Notes: generated by a model not told the origin, from the sequence alone. A DNA stretch of 64,000 bases from Candidatus Levyibacteriota bacterium (GCA_052034235.1 JBPOIT010000011.1:118719-182718), one strand, 5' to 3'. Positions 1 to 10,840 are shown, counted from the first letter of the stretch. A program made the numbers and translations.

Positions 1-1143
1 TACCTCCGATAAGATGAGTAAACCGTGAATATTTTGTGGTTATACCGGTCAGTTCGAGAGTCTTCATCGATACAAAAAAAACAATCAAGTCATCAAGCAT
101 AAACACAAAAATATAAAGTAGCATATAAAGGTAATATTGCCAGATTGGCAAATCACTCATCACTAGTACTTGCGTATAGATAACTGGCAAACCTGCAGAA
201 CAAATCAGTTCAACAATATTAACCGCCGCTGCGAGTAATATGATTCCACCTAACGCAACCCAGAAGTTTTTCTCTCGTGCATAGTGTTTAAGAGAGCCAA
301 ATACACGTCGATGCTCTTCAGTTCGAGAAACTTTGCACGCATTCTCTTTATTAACAAAATATTCACGAAGATTATAAATCCCTCCTCCAACTCCCAAAAG
401 AGCAATTGCAGCGCGTATCCAAAAAATAAAGCCAATAAAGAGAATTAAATGAAGCCACGCAGCCATGAAAAGAAAATAAACGAGTGCAGATGTAAAAATA
501 AATGTGCCACCCAAAATCCACATCCTTCGCCTATCATGCATTCCCAAAAGGAGGCTTAGTAAAAAGAGTAATGCCCACATCGCACATGGATTAAATCCAT
601 CAAGTGCGCCAATGAGTATTGTTAAAACAGGTAGGGAAAGATTTTTAATTGGAATGTTACCAAGTACAGGAACAGTTATTTTTTCAGGAACTGCTTGTGT
701 CTTTTGCGGATTTTGAGAATTATTTGTTACAACATCTGAAATACCTAACATGTGTCCAATAGGATCAGGACATGTTTGTTGCAGACAATAGGTAATTACA
801 TCCTCTAACTGCTTGCCAGTCGTTTCGTCATTTAAATAACCTGAGAAGTGCTTGTCACCGATGACAGTAAACGGCACACCGCTGATATTTGCGTTCAGCT
901 CAGAGCCAACTTTTTTTAAGAGATCTTTGTTTGATTGGTCATACCAGACTTCATATTTATAGACCTTAAGTGATGGATACTTCTTTCCAAGACGTTCAAG
1001 AAATGGTTTTTCTTTGGCACAATGCGGACACCCTGAACCCCAAAAGAAATAGACATTTACGCTGTTATCTGCGAATGCAGAACTTGGAATGAGGAGGGCG
1101 AGGAAAATCGCAGTAACCAAACTTAAAAGCAATTTTTTGAACA
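1..1143 (-). CDS. Thiol:disulfide oxidoreductase, periplasmic thioredoxin-fold domain (WGSGCPHCAK) fused to a CcdA/DsbD-like multi-TM domain (…GALDGFNPCAMWALLFLL…). The C-terminus runs off the window edge. The gene is absent from the ORF track because no stop codon lies inside the window.
   Basis: ATG at 1143 on the minus strand is followed by an open frame all the way to position 1. The N-terminus has a signal-like hydrophobic segment, then a CPHC thioredoxin motif, then hydrophobic helices with a conserved Cys. Confidence 0.5.
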
Positions 1144-1200
1144 TGACAGTAAAACTAGTATAAAACTAAACAGAGGTTTGGTAAGTGATTAGGAACACAC

Positions 1201-2931
1201 CTAAGCGGCTTTTATGAGGTCCACTTTACCGAGTCGTCGCAACACTTTATCAAGCGAAATTAATTCTGACGTTTCTTTATCTCGTTCTTTCCACTCAATC
1301 TGTTCCCCAGTTTTTGGAGAAACAACCAATCTCACAGGAATCCCAATCAAATCCGCATCGCCAAATTTAGCACCAGCGCTCATATCTTCACGATCATCAT
1401 AGAGAACTTCGATTCCTGCATCTTGCAGTTTTTTATAAAGTTCATCTGCTTTATCAACAGCATTAATTGCTACTAAATGAGCTTGGAACGGCGCGACTGC
1501 TTTTGGCCACACAATTCCTTTGTCATCGTGAAATTTTTCAACAATAACACCCATAATTCTTGACGGACCGATACCATAACTTCCCATATAAATCTTGCCT
1601 TCTTTCCCCTCTTGATCAGTAAATTTAAATTTGAAAGCGTCTGTGAATTTGGTATTTAGAGGGAAAATATTGCCAATCTCTGCAACTTTATAAACTTCAT
1701 ACAGCTCACCATTTTCTGGGAATCTGTCTCCATCTTTTGCAATTTTGAAATCGTAAAACTTGTCAGGCAAAGGTAGATCTTTTTCAAAGTTTACATTGAT
1801 GGAATGATAATGAGTTTTGTTGGCACCCATTTCAAAATTCTTCCGTCCTTTCATCGAATCGTCCATGAAGACTTTCACTTCCTTAGGTAAATTCAGAAGA
1901 CCTGCGTAGCCGACATCAGCTTTTGTGACGCGTTTAACTGTTTCAAGAGAAGCAAGTTTGAGGCTTTTTGCTCCTGAGATTTTTTGCAATTTTTCTTCGT
2001 TAATATCGTAACCACCACGGAGTGCTGCTGCTATAACATCTCCATTTTCATCTTCAAAAAGCATTGTCTTGGTTGTTTTTTCAACTGGAATCTTAAGAAA
2101 TGCTGCTAACTCTTCAACCCCAATAATTCCTTTACCTTCAACTTCCTTCATTGGTTTTTCTTCTTCTTTGCTATCATCAATCTCAGGTGCAAGAGATGGA
2201 GCAACTTCTCTGTTAAATGTTAGATTCATGCTTTTGACATGGAAAATAATATCTTCACCTGCGTCACAAACTGTCTGATATTCGTGAGAATATTCTTTGG
2301 TAAAATCGCCACCTGAGGCAAGTGTAAGATAACTCGTATGACGCCCAAGACCTAAACGTTCAAAAACCTGCCAATAGACATCTTTCGCGTTTTCGTAAAA
2401 AACTTTCAAATCTGCTTCGCTTGTATGAAAGCTATATAAATCCTTCATACGAAATTCACGACAACGAAGGAGGCCGGATTTCGCACGAGGTTCATTACGG
2501 AATTTTGTTTGAATTTGATAAACAGAGACAGGAAAATCTTTATAACTTTTAACAAACTGTTGAAGAATTGGTGTCACCATGTCTTCATGCGTTGGACTGA
2601 GCACATACTCTGTGTCATTTTTTGCAAGCGCTTTTTCATTTGCTGGTGTCGTTTTCATCAGCACATCAACAGAATCATATCTTTTGGTTGTCATCCAATA
2701 ATCCTTTGGTGCAAGTGAACTCATGAATATCTCAACACCAATTTTGTCCATTTCTTCACGAATGATTGTTTCAATTTTATTAAGAACGCGAAGACCAAGT
2801 GTTAAATAGGTATAAACACCAGCAATTTCTTGATGGATAAATCCCGCTTTTGTCAGTAAACTTGCGTTTTTTGACACTAGTTCTCGACTGACAGTTTTGT
2901 TTGTTTTAAAAGGAATTCGTGATAGTCTCAT
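1201..2931 (-). CDS. proS: Prolyl-tRNA synthetase (bacterial type with editing insertion)
   Basis: 576 aa. Class II aaRS motifs are present (…RPRAKSGLLRCREFRMKDLYSF…), and the C-terminal anticodon-binding region is typical of ProRS. Confidence 0.9.
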   Translation of the reverse strand: MRLSRIPFKTNKTVSRELVSKNASLLTKAGFIHQEIAGVYTYLTLGLRVLNKIETIIREEMDKIGVEIFMSSLAPKDYWMTTKRYDSVDVLMKTTPANEKALAKNDTEYVLSPTHEDMVTPILQQFVKSYKDFPVSVYQIQTKFRNEPRAKSGLLRCREFRMKDLYSFHTSEADLKVFYENAKDVYWQVFERLGLGRHTSYLTLASGGDFTKEYSHEYQTVCDAGEDIIFHVKSMNLTFNREVAPSLAPEIDDSKEEEKPMKEVEGKGIIGVEELAAFLKIPVEKTTKTMLFEDENGDVIAAALRGGYDINEEKLQKISGAKSLKLASLETVKRVTKADVGYAGLLNLPKEVKVFMDDSMKGRKNFEMGANKTHYHSINVNFEKDLPLPDKFYDFKIAKDGDRFPENGELYEVYKVAEIGNIFPLNTKFTDAFKFKFTDQEGKEGKIYMGSYGIGPSRIMGVIVEKFHDDKGIVWPKAVAPFQAHLVAINAVDKADELYKKLQDAGIEVLYDDREDMSAGAKFGDADLIGIPVRLVVSPKTGEQIEWKERDKETSELISLDKVLRRLGKVDLIKAA

Positions 2932-2934
2932 AGA

Positions 2935-4002
2935 TTATAATAGTGTAAGTATATCATTTTCTTGTTGTACTTTTGTAGGTTTTTTAAGTGCTGCTATAAG
3001 ATCTTTTGCATCAGTAAGCACTGGTGTCATGGTAAGTGAATCACCAATGTGATACTTGTGTGCAAGTTCATAGGTTAAGCGCAGTGCTGAATAATCTTCG
3101 AGTCCAATCCCCACTGCGTCAAAAAGCGTTATCTCTTCATCGCTTTTGCGCCCCTGTTTAATACCGTTTACCAGTTCATGCATTTCGGCATGAACAAGCC
3201 TCTTTGCTTCTTCTACTGTAAACCGCTGGATTTCACCTTCGACAAATGATTGGTCAAAGTATTCGACAACGACACGACACTGTTCTACGATCCTTTTTTC
3301 TAGTTCTGTTTTCCCAACAGTATCGCCACCAAGCGCATTAATATGCACTCCTTTGGTAATCCAATCTTTTTTCAATACATCGATGTGTGCTTTGCACGCT
3401 GTACAAACTGTCACAATATCTGCACCTTGTACAGCATCCTCTGCATTATTGCATCTAACAACCTTAAATGACTTATGTTTCATATTAGTTTCAAATTTAT
3501 CCATTGCTCCTGAGTCAATATCAAAATATCTCACCTCTTTTATATCCCGAACCAGTTCCAATGCTTGCACTTGAAACTCACTTTGGGCCCCTGTGCCAAT
3601 GATTGCCGCCACATGGGCATTTTTGCGACTCATAAGGTCTGTAGCTAGTGCTGACGTCGCTGCAGTACGAAGTGCGGTAAGTATAGTCATCTCACTGAAC
3701 ATAACTGGATAGCCTGTATCAATCCGTGATAACTGACCTGTTGCGACAACTGTTTGTTGTCCTATTTCTGGATTTTTTGGATGGCAATTAACGTATTTAA
3801 ACGAATAATATTTTTCATTGTCACAAATCGGCATGAGTTCCAAAACCCCACCTGGCACGTGCATGGCAGGACGAGGCATTTTCGTAAAGGTTTCCCAGCG
3901 ACCAAAATCACGTTTCAAACCTTCCATTAGATCAAGGAGATAGTTATCTAATCCATGACGGCTTATGAGTTCTTGTAATGATTCAACAGATATTATTTTC
4001 AT
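2935..4002 (-). CDS. Ornithine cyclodeaminase / mu-crystallin family protein (possibly archaeal-type alanine dehydrogenase)
   Basis: 355 aa with a Rossmann segment (AAIIGTGAQSEFQ) and the overall OCD/mu-crystallin pattern. Confidence 0.65.
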   Translation of the reverse strand: MKIISVESLQELISRHGLDNYLLDLMEGLKRDFGRWETFTKMPRPAMHVPGGVLELMPICDNEKYYSFKYVNCHPKNPEIGQQTVVATGQLSRIDTGYPVMFSEMTILTALRTAATSALATDLMSRKNAHVAAIIGTGAQSEFQVQALELVRDIKEVRYFDIDSGAMDKFETNMKHKSFKVVRCNNAEDAVQGADIVTVCTACKAHIDVLKKDWITKGVHINALGGDTVGKTELEKRIVEQCRVVVEYFDQSFVEGEIQRFTVEEAKRLVHAEMHELVNGIKQGRKSDEEITLFDAVGIGLEDYSALRLTYELAHKYHIGDSLTMTPVLTDAKDLIAALKKPTKVQQENDILTLL

Positions 4003-4106
4003 AATTTTTCCAATAAAAAAGCCCTTGCAAATTTCTTTCCATAAGATATGGATAGAAACTTACAAGGGCCCTTCGATAATCTTAGGACGATACCACCTTG
4101 CTTCCG

Positions 4107-4132
4107 ATGCTTACAAAAAATCCACCTTTCGG
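4107..4132 (-). terminator. Rho-independent terminator downstream of the gnd-like gene
   Basis: Minus-strand reading gives CUCCACC-gaaa-GGUGGA followed by UUUUUUG. Confidence 0.45.
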
Positions 4133-4366
4133 TGGAGCAAACGAGATGTAAGCAATCGCTTATTATCTGCGCTCCGTTGCCGACACGCTTTATCGAATTT
4201 TACGGGTGATTTCCGTAGTGCTTATCGCACTCAGCTCGTTTGGTAGGATGCCAAACTTCTTATCCGCCTCTCAGCGGATTATCGCTTTATACATAATATT
4301 GTAGTAAATAAAAAGAACTTTGTCAAATAATTCCTTTGGAGGTTAGGATTCCGCTGTAGTTTCAAA

Positions 4367-5314
4367 CTATTTTTGTGGTTCTTCGTGTTTCATTGTATGA
4401 CCGCCGAATTCGTGGCGGAGGGCGCCTACCATTTTGGCGGCAAAGGTTTCCTGTGTTGCTTTATCATATTGAGCTTTTTTACGAAACTCCAATGACTGCT
4501 CGATTACATTTACAGGTAGTTTATCTTCTTTCGCTTTTTGCACAGTCCATTCTGCTTCACCAGTTGCTTGCAGATACCCGTCTGACTGGGAAAGAGTTGG
4601 ATCCTTGGACAATGCGAGATAGGCCATATCGACGAGAAAACTTGCAACAATACTTCCACCTTGCCAATTACGAAGTACATCAAGCATATTAAACCGGTAA
4701 TCACTATGTGCAATAACACCCATACCTTCGGAAATTGACTGCATCATACCGTACTCAATGCCGTTATGAACCATTTTCACAAAATGTCCAGCTCCTCCCG
4801 GACCGAAATACGTGTGAATACCGTATGGTTTGGCCAAACTATCAAGTACTGGTTCTATATACTCATAAGCTTCCTTATCTCCGCCGACCATCATAGGATA
4901 ACCATTTTCAAACCCATGAAGCCCGCCAGAAACACCAATACCTAAAAATCTAACACCCTTTGCTGAAAATTCCTTTGCCCGCGTTTCTGTATCTGTGTAA
5001 TGTGAATTACCACCATCAATCACAATATCGCCCGGCTCAACCACTTCATCCAGCAGCTGCTTCATCACTTCACTTGTAACGTCTCCTGCAGGCAACATTG
5101 ACCAAATAACACGAGGTTTTCTTAAGGTATTGCGAAGTTCTTCAAACGAGCGTGTTATGACAAGATTACCTTTGATGATAAATTCAGACTTTTCAACCCT
5201 GAGAGTATCTAACACTGCATGTGATCTATTCCACACCACGACTTCATGATGATCCCCCATCAACTTCTCAGCAATATTTCGCCCCATCTTACCAAGTCCC
5301 AGAAGTCCAATCTG
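4367..5314 (-). CDS. gnd: 6-phosphogluconate dehydrogenase (decarboxylating), short NAD-binding form
   Basis: The N-terminus has MQIGLLGLGKMGRNIAEKL (a GxGxxG Rossmann motif), at about 316 aa. The likely start is the internal Met at 5314 rather than the ORF-track 5374. The gene is adjacent to zwf and pgl. Confidence 0.7.
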   Translation of the reverse strand, partial: QIGLLGLGKMGRNIAEKLMGDHHEVVVWNRSHAVLDTLRVEKSEFIIKGNLVITRSFEELRNTLRKPRVIWSMLPAGDVTSEVMKQLLDEVVEPGDIVIDGGNSHYTDTETRAKEFSAKGVRFLGIGVSGGLHGFENGYPMMVGGDKEAYEYIEPVLDSLAKPYGIHTYFGPGGAGHFVKMVHNGIEYGMMQSISEGMGVIAHSDYRFNMLDVLRNWQGGSIVASFLVDMAYLALSKDPTLSQSDGYLQATGEAEWTVQKAKEDKLPVNVIEQSLEFRKKAQYDKATQETFAAKMVGALRHEFGGHTMKHEEPQK

Positions 5315-5409
5315 CATAGCGCTAAGTAACACTTTACCAAAAATACCCCTTCGAATACAACAGAGAAGTTCCAAATTTAAGAAATTTCTGCTAAAATCAA
5401 GTCTATACT

Positions 5410-6414
5410 ATGGGTACAAAAGAAAATCCTTCGATGAGCTTAATCGAGCAAACTTATAAGTCAAAAGCGGCAAGTATTGGAGCTGTTCTTCAAGGCAAAT
5501 TGGATGTCTATTTTGCAACATACCTCGACGCAGAAACATTAACGCTTCTCGGAGTAACTAATTATGCAAGCGACCAATTTATTATTGACCCTCCTGATTT
5601 ATCAAAATACAAAAACCATTTGATTAAGAATATGCCCGATTCGTTTAGTTTGCCTCGAACTCGCTGGAGCAATATCATACACGACCTGCTTGGTACAAAT
5701 ATGAAAGACGGGAGAGTACATTATGCAATAAGCGATGCTTATGAGAGACTTAGAGAAGATGGGGCTGACACACTCCAAGACCAATTTGCAGAGCTATTGG
5801 CATATCAACACAAACTTGATCCAGATTTTAATTTGGGACAACCTGGGATACGCGTTGACTATGAGGCAAACTTAATTCGAGGAGTTGAAGGGGAAGAGGT
5901 ATATAGAATGTCTCAGTCACCCAAAATAATCGTCGAATATGGACCTGGTCTTGCAGCAGCTTCAAAATCTCTTACTGAAATACCTAGAGCAGATACGACT
6001 GTATTCATTGATACAAACCCCTATGTAAGTACATTTCTTAAAGAACGAGCCCTCCTGAATGGATTGACTCCGCCACAGTTTATTGTTAAAGCTGAAAGTC
6101 TTGGAACTGCAACAAGTGATTTATTGCCAGATTTTGAAGGACGGGCAGATATTGTTATCGCTTCAAGAGTAAGACCTGCAGATCATGAGGATCTTATTGA
6201 AGGTATAAATAGGGGTCAGCAATTGTTACGACCTGGAGGATTGTATATTATGCAAGATTATGTTCAAACAGAATTCCCATCTGGAAAACCTTTCTATCCG
6301 CTTATAAAGGAAGCTGTAACAGTTTTTGGCCCACCAGATAAATTTGCTGAATTTCCATTCAAAACATACGGGAATCATTTTCCAGCGTTTAACGCAGTTT
6401 TTGTCAAACGATAA
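5410..6414 (+). CDS. Hypothetical protein with a class I SAM-dependent methyltransferase-like fold
   Basis: Motifs EYGPGLAAAS (GxGxG-like), DIVIASRV and LLRPGGLYIMQD are spaced as in Rossmann-fold MTases. The gene is inserted in opposite orientation between zwf and gnd. Confidence 0.4.
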   Translation: MGTKENPSMSLIEQTYKSKAASIGAVLQGKLDVYFATYLDAETLTLLGVTNYASDQFIIDPPDLSKYKNHLIKNMPDSFSLPRTRWSNIIHDLLGTNMKDGRVHYAISDAYERLREDGADTLQDQFAELLAYQHKLDPDFNLGQPGIRVDYEANLIRGVEGEEVYRMSQSPKIIVEYGPGLAAASKSLTEIPRADTTVFIDTNPYVSTFLKERALLNGLTPPQFIVKAESLGTATSDLLPDFEGRADIVIASRVRPADHEDLIEGINRGQQLLRPGGLYIMQDYVQTEFPSGKPFYPLIKEAVTVFGPPDKFAEFPFKTYGNHFPAFNAVFVKR

Positions 6415-6415
6415 C

Positions 6416-7852
6416 TTATAGCCATTTGCGGCCGTCTTTTTCAATTAACGTAAATGCTTCTTGTGGTCCCCAGCTTGATTGTGGATAAACTGCTATCTCG
6501 TCATTTTCCTCTTCCCAGCCCCTTAAAACATCTGAGATAAGCTGCCAGGAGCTTTCAAGTTCATCAGAGCGGTTAAAGAGCATTTGATCGCCAACCAGGA
6601 TATCCATAAGAATCTTTTCGTAAGCATCAGCACCATGGCCGCCAAACGATTGATGATAGGAAAAATTCATATCAACTGTGGCAAGACCAAGTTGGCTGCT
6701 TGGCTGTTTGGCGATAACCCGCATGGTAATTCCTTCATCAGGTTGAATACGAATCGTGAGAACGTTGCCAACTTCAGGACATCCGTATTCTTTAAAGAGC
6801 AAATGACATGTTTGTTTGAAAACAATTTTGATATCCATCATTTCTTTTTCCATTTTCTTACCCAAGCGCAGATAGAACGGCACATTTTCAAAACGAGGCG
6901 TATCAACATATAATTTCATGGCAGCAAAGGTTTCAGTTTGAGAATCCGGAGTGATGTTTTTTTCTTCTCTGTAGCCTTCATATTGTCCACGCACCACAAA
7001 CTGCGCAACATCTTCTGGTTTAATATGTCTGATAGCTTTTATGGCTTTAGCGCGGGTATCCCTCACTTCTTCACGAGTAAAACTTCTGGGCATTTCCATC
7101 GCAACTGTTGCAAGCATCTGGAGTAAATGATTTTGTCCGACATCTCGAAGTATGCCAATGCCATCAAAAAATTTCCCTCTTGTCCGAATCCCCTCTTTTT
7201 CAGCGAAGGTGATCTGGACATGATCAATATATTCTTTGTTCCAAAGCGGTTCAAAAATGCTGTTTGCGAACCTAAATGCAATCATATTTTGCAATGTTTC
7301 TTTACCGAGATAATGATCAACTCTGAAAATTTGTCGTTCTTCAAAAATGTTAGCAATTTTTTTATCCAGTGCTCGGGCGTTATCTAAATCTTTGCCAAAA
7401 GGTTTTTCAATAGAGAGTCTCGTCCACTTTTCAGAACCTTGGCCACAGCCTTCTGAGAGTTTGGTTTCTGTTAAATTATGAAGAATTGTTTCGTAGTTAT
7501 CTGGAGGCGTTGCGAGATAAAAAACACGAGTGATACACGCACCAATTTCCTCGTCAAACTTCACCAGTTTTTCAATTAATTTCTCATACCCAACACGTTC
7601 ATCAAACATTCCCTGCTGATAATACACATTTTTAGCAAAACCTTCCCATGCCGGATCTTTATCAACTTCAAGTTCATCCCCTATCATATGTGCATAGGCT
7701 TCATCACTAAATTCACGACGAGCAAAGCCAACGATATAAAATTTCTCTCCGAGCAGATTATTTTTGTAGTGATTAAAAAGCGCCGGAAGCAACTTATGCT
7801 GAGCCAAATCCCCTGTAGCACCGAAGATAACAATAACAAAAGGAGACATCAT
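6416..7852 (-). CDS. zwf: Glucose-6-phosphate 1-dehydrogenase
   Basis: 478 aa, N-terminal IFGATGDLA, and the RVDHYLGKE signature. Confidence 0.9.
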   Translation of the reverse strand: MMSPFVIVIFGATGDLAQHKLLPALFNHYKNNLLGEKFYIVGFARREFSDEAYAHMIGDELEVDKDPAWEGFAKNVYYQQGMFDERVGYEKLIEKLVKFDEEIGACITRVFYLATPPDNYETILHNLTETKLSEGCGQGSEKWTRLSIEKPFGKDLDNARALDKKIANIFEERQIFRVDHYLGKETLQNMIAFRFANSIFEPLWNKEYIDHVQITFAEKEGIRTRGKFFDGIGILRDVGQNHLLQMLATVAMEMPRSFTREEVRDTRAKAIKAIRHIKPEDVAQFVVRGQYEGYREEKNITPDSQTETFAAMKLYVDTPRFENVPFYLRLGKKMEKEMMDIKIVFKQTCHLLFKEYGCPEVGNVLTIRIQPDEGITMRVIAKQPSSQLGLATVDMNFSYHQSFGGHGADAYEKILMDILVGDQMLFNRSDELESSWQLISDVLRGWEEENDEIAVYPQSSWGPQEAFTLIEKDGRKWL

Positions 7853-7858
7853 ACTATT

Positions 7859-8617
7859 CTAAACGTTTTGATCAGTAATGAAAAGTGTTTTCTTTGCAAT
7901 GTCAATTCTTTTGAAATATCTGGCGGGGATTTCTTGTTCACTTCCTTCCGAAAAGACCTTTTCAAACATTTCTTGTTTAGCAGAACCGAATGCTGGGACG
8001 ATGAGTAGATCAAGCATTGAGAGTGCAAGGAAGGTCATACCTACTCGTTCCTTATAATGACTGTTTGGATCGTTAAACTCTGAGACCATAAGATTTTTAT
8101 GGTCATCATCAAACCATGGATTATGAAAATCAGGTCTGTTTGGAATAATGCTAGAGGTGTGTCCATCAGGCCCGATTCCTAAAAGGCCAACACTCTTTGG
8201 AAAAAGAGCTGTGAGTTCACGGAATTTCTCATCGTATGCCGCTGCTGTTTCCTCACGTGATATATTCTGAAGTATGGGATGAAACGTGATATCTCTTGCA
8301 TGCAGATAACGTAGAAACTGTGTATCTCTAATCATTTTTTCATTACTCATTTCATGAAACTTCTCACCAAACCGTTCATCAACAAGCCCCACTGCTGCCG
8401 GAGTAATGCTTTCTTCCTTTGCGAGTAATTCATAGAGGGATTTTAAACTGCCTCCTGAAAGATAAACAACTGTTTTTGTATCGACAATTTCATAAAGAAT
8501 TTCTTTTGCCAGTTCCACACCATCACGCGCATCCCCCACTCTTGCAATGGTTATACCCTGGTTTTCGTGGGCGAGGATATTGTTTCTAGCGAATAGCTGT
8601 TGTAGTAATTGCTTCAT
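7859..8617 (-). CDS. pgl: 6-phosphogluconolactonase (GlcN6P-deaminase/PGL family)
   Basis: Has LSGGS…GIGPDGHTSS motifs and lies immediately upstream of zwf in the same orientation. Confidence 0.7.
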   Translation of the reverse strand: MKQLLQQLFARNNILAHENQGITIARVGDARDGVELAKEILYEIVDTKTVVYLSGGSLKSLYELLAKEESITPAAVGLVDERFGEKFHEMSNEKMIRDTQFLRYLHARDITFHPILQNISREETAAAYDEKFRELTALFPKSVGLLGIGPDGHTSSIIPNRPDFHNPWFDDDHKNLMVSEFNDPNSHYKERVGMTFLALSMLDLLIVPAFGSAKQEMFEKVFSEGSEQEIPARYFKRIDIAKKTLFITDQNV

Positions 8618-8631
8618 AGAGTAGGCTCTGG

Positions 8632-9552
8632 TTATTTTACCAGACCTATGAAGAGAGTTTCAACGTGTGGTAATTGCACTGACTGGCCAGGCAACTTAAC
8701 TTGAATAGGATTTCCGAGATCAGATGTGTAACCTTTAGGCAGCACAGCAGCGACAATATATTGTCCCTGACCGGGTACATTACAATTAAAAATCCCTGAA
8801 GAATCAGTTTTTGTTTCGCATACAACTGTGCCTGCTGCATCAGTTATTTTGATCGTTAATTGTGAGGGCGCTTCACTATTTTCATCTCTTTCTCCGTTTT
8901 TATCCAGATCATAAAAGATTTGTCCATTAATCGCGTATTGTACATTCTCAGGCGCAACGAGTTGATCTTCTGAAACTGTGGGAATGGAAGACGAATCATC
9001 TGAGGTAACACATCGAACAACCTGCATCTCAAAGTGTATACAAAATTCATAGTTATTATTAACAATTTTGTATTCATAAGCAGTTTTCGTTTTAGGATCA
9101 AGGGGTTCAACTGGTAAATATTCGGGTACGAGGTTTTTAATGACAGTCGGATAGACGTTGTTATCACCATAAAATTTCTCCAGTGCCACTCGCATAGCAA
9201 CAGCTGCCTGTTCACGCTGTTTATCACGATCTGCCATCCTAAAGCCTAACGGATCAAGGAAATAATATAGTGCCGCAACTCCGGCAATAAAAATAATCGC
9301 AATGACAATAAATATTTGGACAAGAACTCGAGTTGGAAGTTGTGCTGTTTTTTTATCAAGAGATGACATCCAGTTATGCATTTTCGCATAAAGAGGAATT
9401 TGTAAAAAAGCTTCATGTCTGATTTGAGCAAAAGCGGCAGAGATATCACCATCAGACCATCCTTCGTTCAACAATGCTTCTCTTATTTCATTCGCTTTTT
9501 CACCCTGCTGGAAGCGTGCTTTTATATTGCCTATAAGCTCTTCGTTTACCAT
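8632..9552 (-). CDS. Hypothetical single-pass membrane protein with a C-terminal SdrD-B/Cna-B-like domain
   Basis: An N-terminal soluble region is followed by a TM segment (VLVQIFIVIAIIFIAGVAALYYF). The C-terminus has …YDLDKNGERDENSE…DAAGTVVCETKTDSSGIFNCNVPGQGQYIV…. The start is taken at MVNEEL (9552). Confidence 0.4.
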   Translation of the reverse strand: MVNEELIGNIKARFQQGEKANEIREALLNEGWSDGDISAAFAQIRHEAFLQIPLYAKMHNWMSSLDKKTAQLPTRVLVQIFIVIAIIFIAGVAALYYFLDPLGFRMADRDKQREQAAVAMRVALEKFYGDNNVYPTVIKNLVPEYLPVEPLDPKTKTAYEYKIVNNNYEFCIHFEMQVVRCVTSDDSSSIPTVSEDQLVAPENVQYAINGQIFYDLDKNGERDENSEAPSQLTIKITDAAGTVVCETKTDSSGIFNCNVPGQGQYIVAAVLPKGYTSDLGNPIQVKLPGQSVQLPHVETLFIGLVK

Positions 9553-9637
9553 AACATGAACTACCCAGAGAAAATTTGGGGTATAAAATAATACAAACAG
9601 AACGCGCAAAAGAAGTCAAGAATTCTTAAAGTGAAGA

Positions 9638-10840
9638 TTATTTGAATTGTTGGAAGATATCTTTAAATGTTACCAATATAATAAGCCCTATTAACAAAAC
9701 CATTCCGACTGCATGTGCATACCCTTCAACTTTTTGGTTTACCTTGCGGCCTATGACCGCCTCAATAAGGATAAAGAATAATCTTCCTCCATCCAAACCT
9801 GGAATTGGCAAAACATTAAAAAATGCGAGTGATATTGAGAGAAGTCCTGCCAAGTTTAAGATTTGCAGAATTCTTTCTTTCACATCAGGGATATCGACAA
9901 TCGTACCTACAAGTGAATAAATACCAACAGGCCCTGATACACCTTGACTGAGCGGTTCAACAGTTTTTTCTTTGACTGATACGTCAATCAAACTGCCCAT
10001 CACCGAAAAATTATATGCCATCAGATTTGCCGGATGAATAATACCTGAAAAGAGTTTTTGTGCTGGCGTGTCATAAGAAAGTGTGACTGTCGACATCGGG
10101 AAGAATGAAACACCTAATGCGCCTTCATTTTTTGGAGGATTAACTCGTGGTGTCATTGGAGCTTGTGCTCGTTTCATCGTTTGCACATCTTCCCATTCGA
10201 CTACTATTTCTTTTCCTTTATTCTCACTAATAAGCCTGGCGAATTCGTTAGGGTCTGAGACACGTTTGCCATTAATAGAAATAATTCTGGTAAACGGTGT
10301 TAAACCTGCCTTCTCAGCAGGAGAGTTTTGTACAACAGTGCTCACAACAACACTTGTAGATTTTTCCTGAGTCACGAAAAAGAAATTATGATTACCGATA
10401 AGCGGAAGCTCCGTTTTAAAGCCACCAATAAACATAAAGACATAATAAATAACAATAGCGAGAAGTGTATTCATTACAACACCTGCGATGACTACTGCAG
10501 CACGCTGCGCTATTGACCGACTATAATATGCTCTTTTTTGATCTTTATCTTTTGCTTTTTTCTTTTCATCTTCACTTTTGGTGGGTGCAATGCGGCCTGC
10601 TCCTGCTTCATCTTCACCATAAAGTTTTACAAATCCTCCAATTGGAAGCCAATTGAGTGAATAAATAGTTTCCCCTCTTTTTTTACCCCACAGACGTGGC
10701 GGCAAACCAAATCCAAATTCTTCAACCTTGATACCGAATTTTTTGGCAACAAAATAATGTCCAGCTTCATGGATAAGAACCAACACTGAAAGAATCAGAA
10801 GAAAAACGAATCCTGTAAATAACGCGGCGAGAATGTCCAT
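9638..10840 (-). CDS. rseP: RIP site-2 metalloprotease (RseP family) with PDZ domain
   Basis: Has an HEAGHYFVAK HExxH motif, a PDZ-like middle region, and a C-terminal LDGG. Confidence 0.85.
   Translation of the reverse strand: MDILAALFTGFVFLLILSVLVLIHEAGHYFVAKKFGIKVEEFGFGLPPRLWGKKRGETIYSLNWLPIGGFVKLYGEDEAGAGRIAPTKSEDEKKKAKDKDQKRAYYSRSIAQRAAVVIAGVVMNTLLAIVIYYVFMFIGGFKTELPLIGNHNFFFVTQEKSTSVVVSTVVQNSPAEKAGLTPFTRIISINGKRVSDPNEFARLISENKGKEIVVEWEDVQTMKRAQAPMTPRVNPPKNEGALGVSFFPMSTVTLSYDTPAQKLFSGIIHPANLMAYNFSVMGSLIDVSVKEKTVEPLSQGVSGPVGIYSLVGTIVDIPDVKERILQILNLAGLLSISLAFFNVLPIPGLDGGRLFFILIEAVIGRKVNQKVEGYAHAVGMVLLIGLIILVTFKDIFQQFK

Noticed and set aside
4003-4366. tmRNA or SRP RNA in the long intergenic regions
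   Set aside because: I looked for the tmRNA 3' tRNA-like end (GGTTCGA.TCC…CCA) and the SRP domain IV GGAA/AGGAAGCAG motif and found neither.
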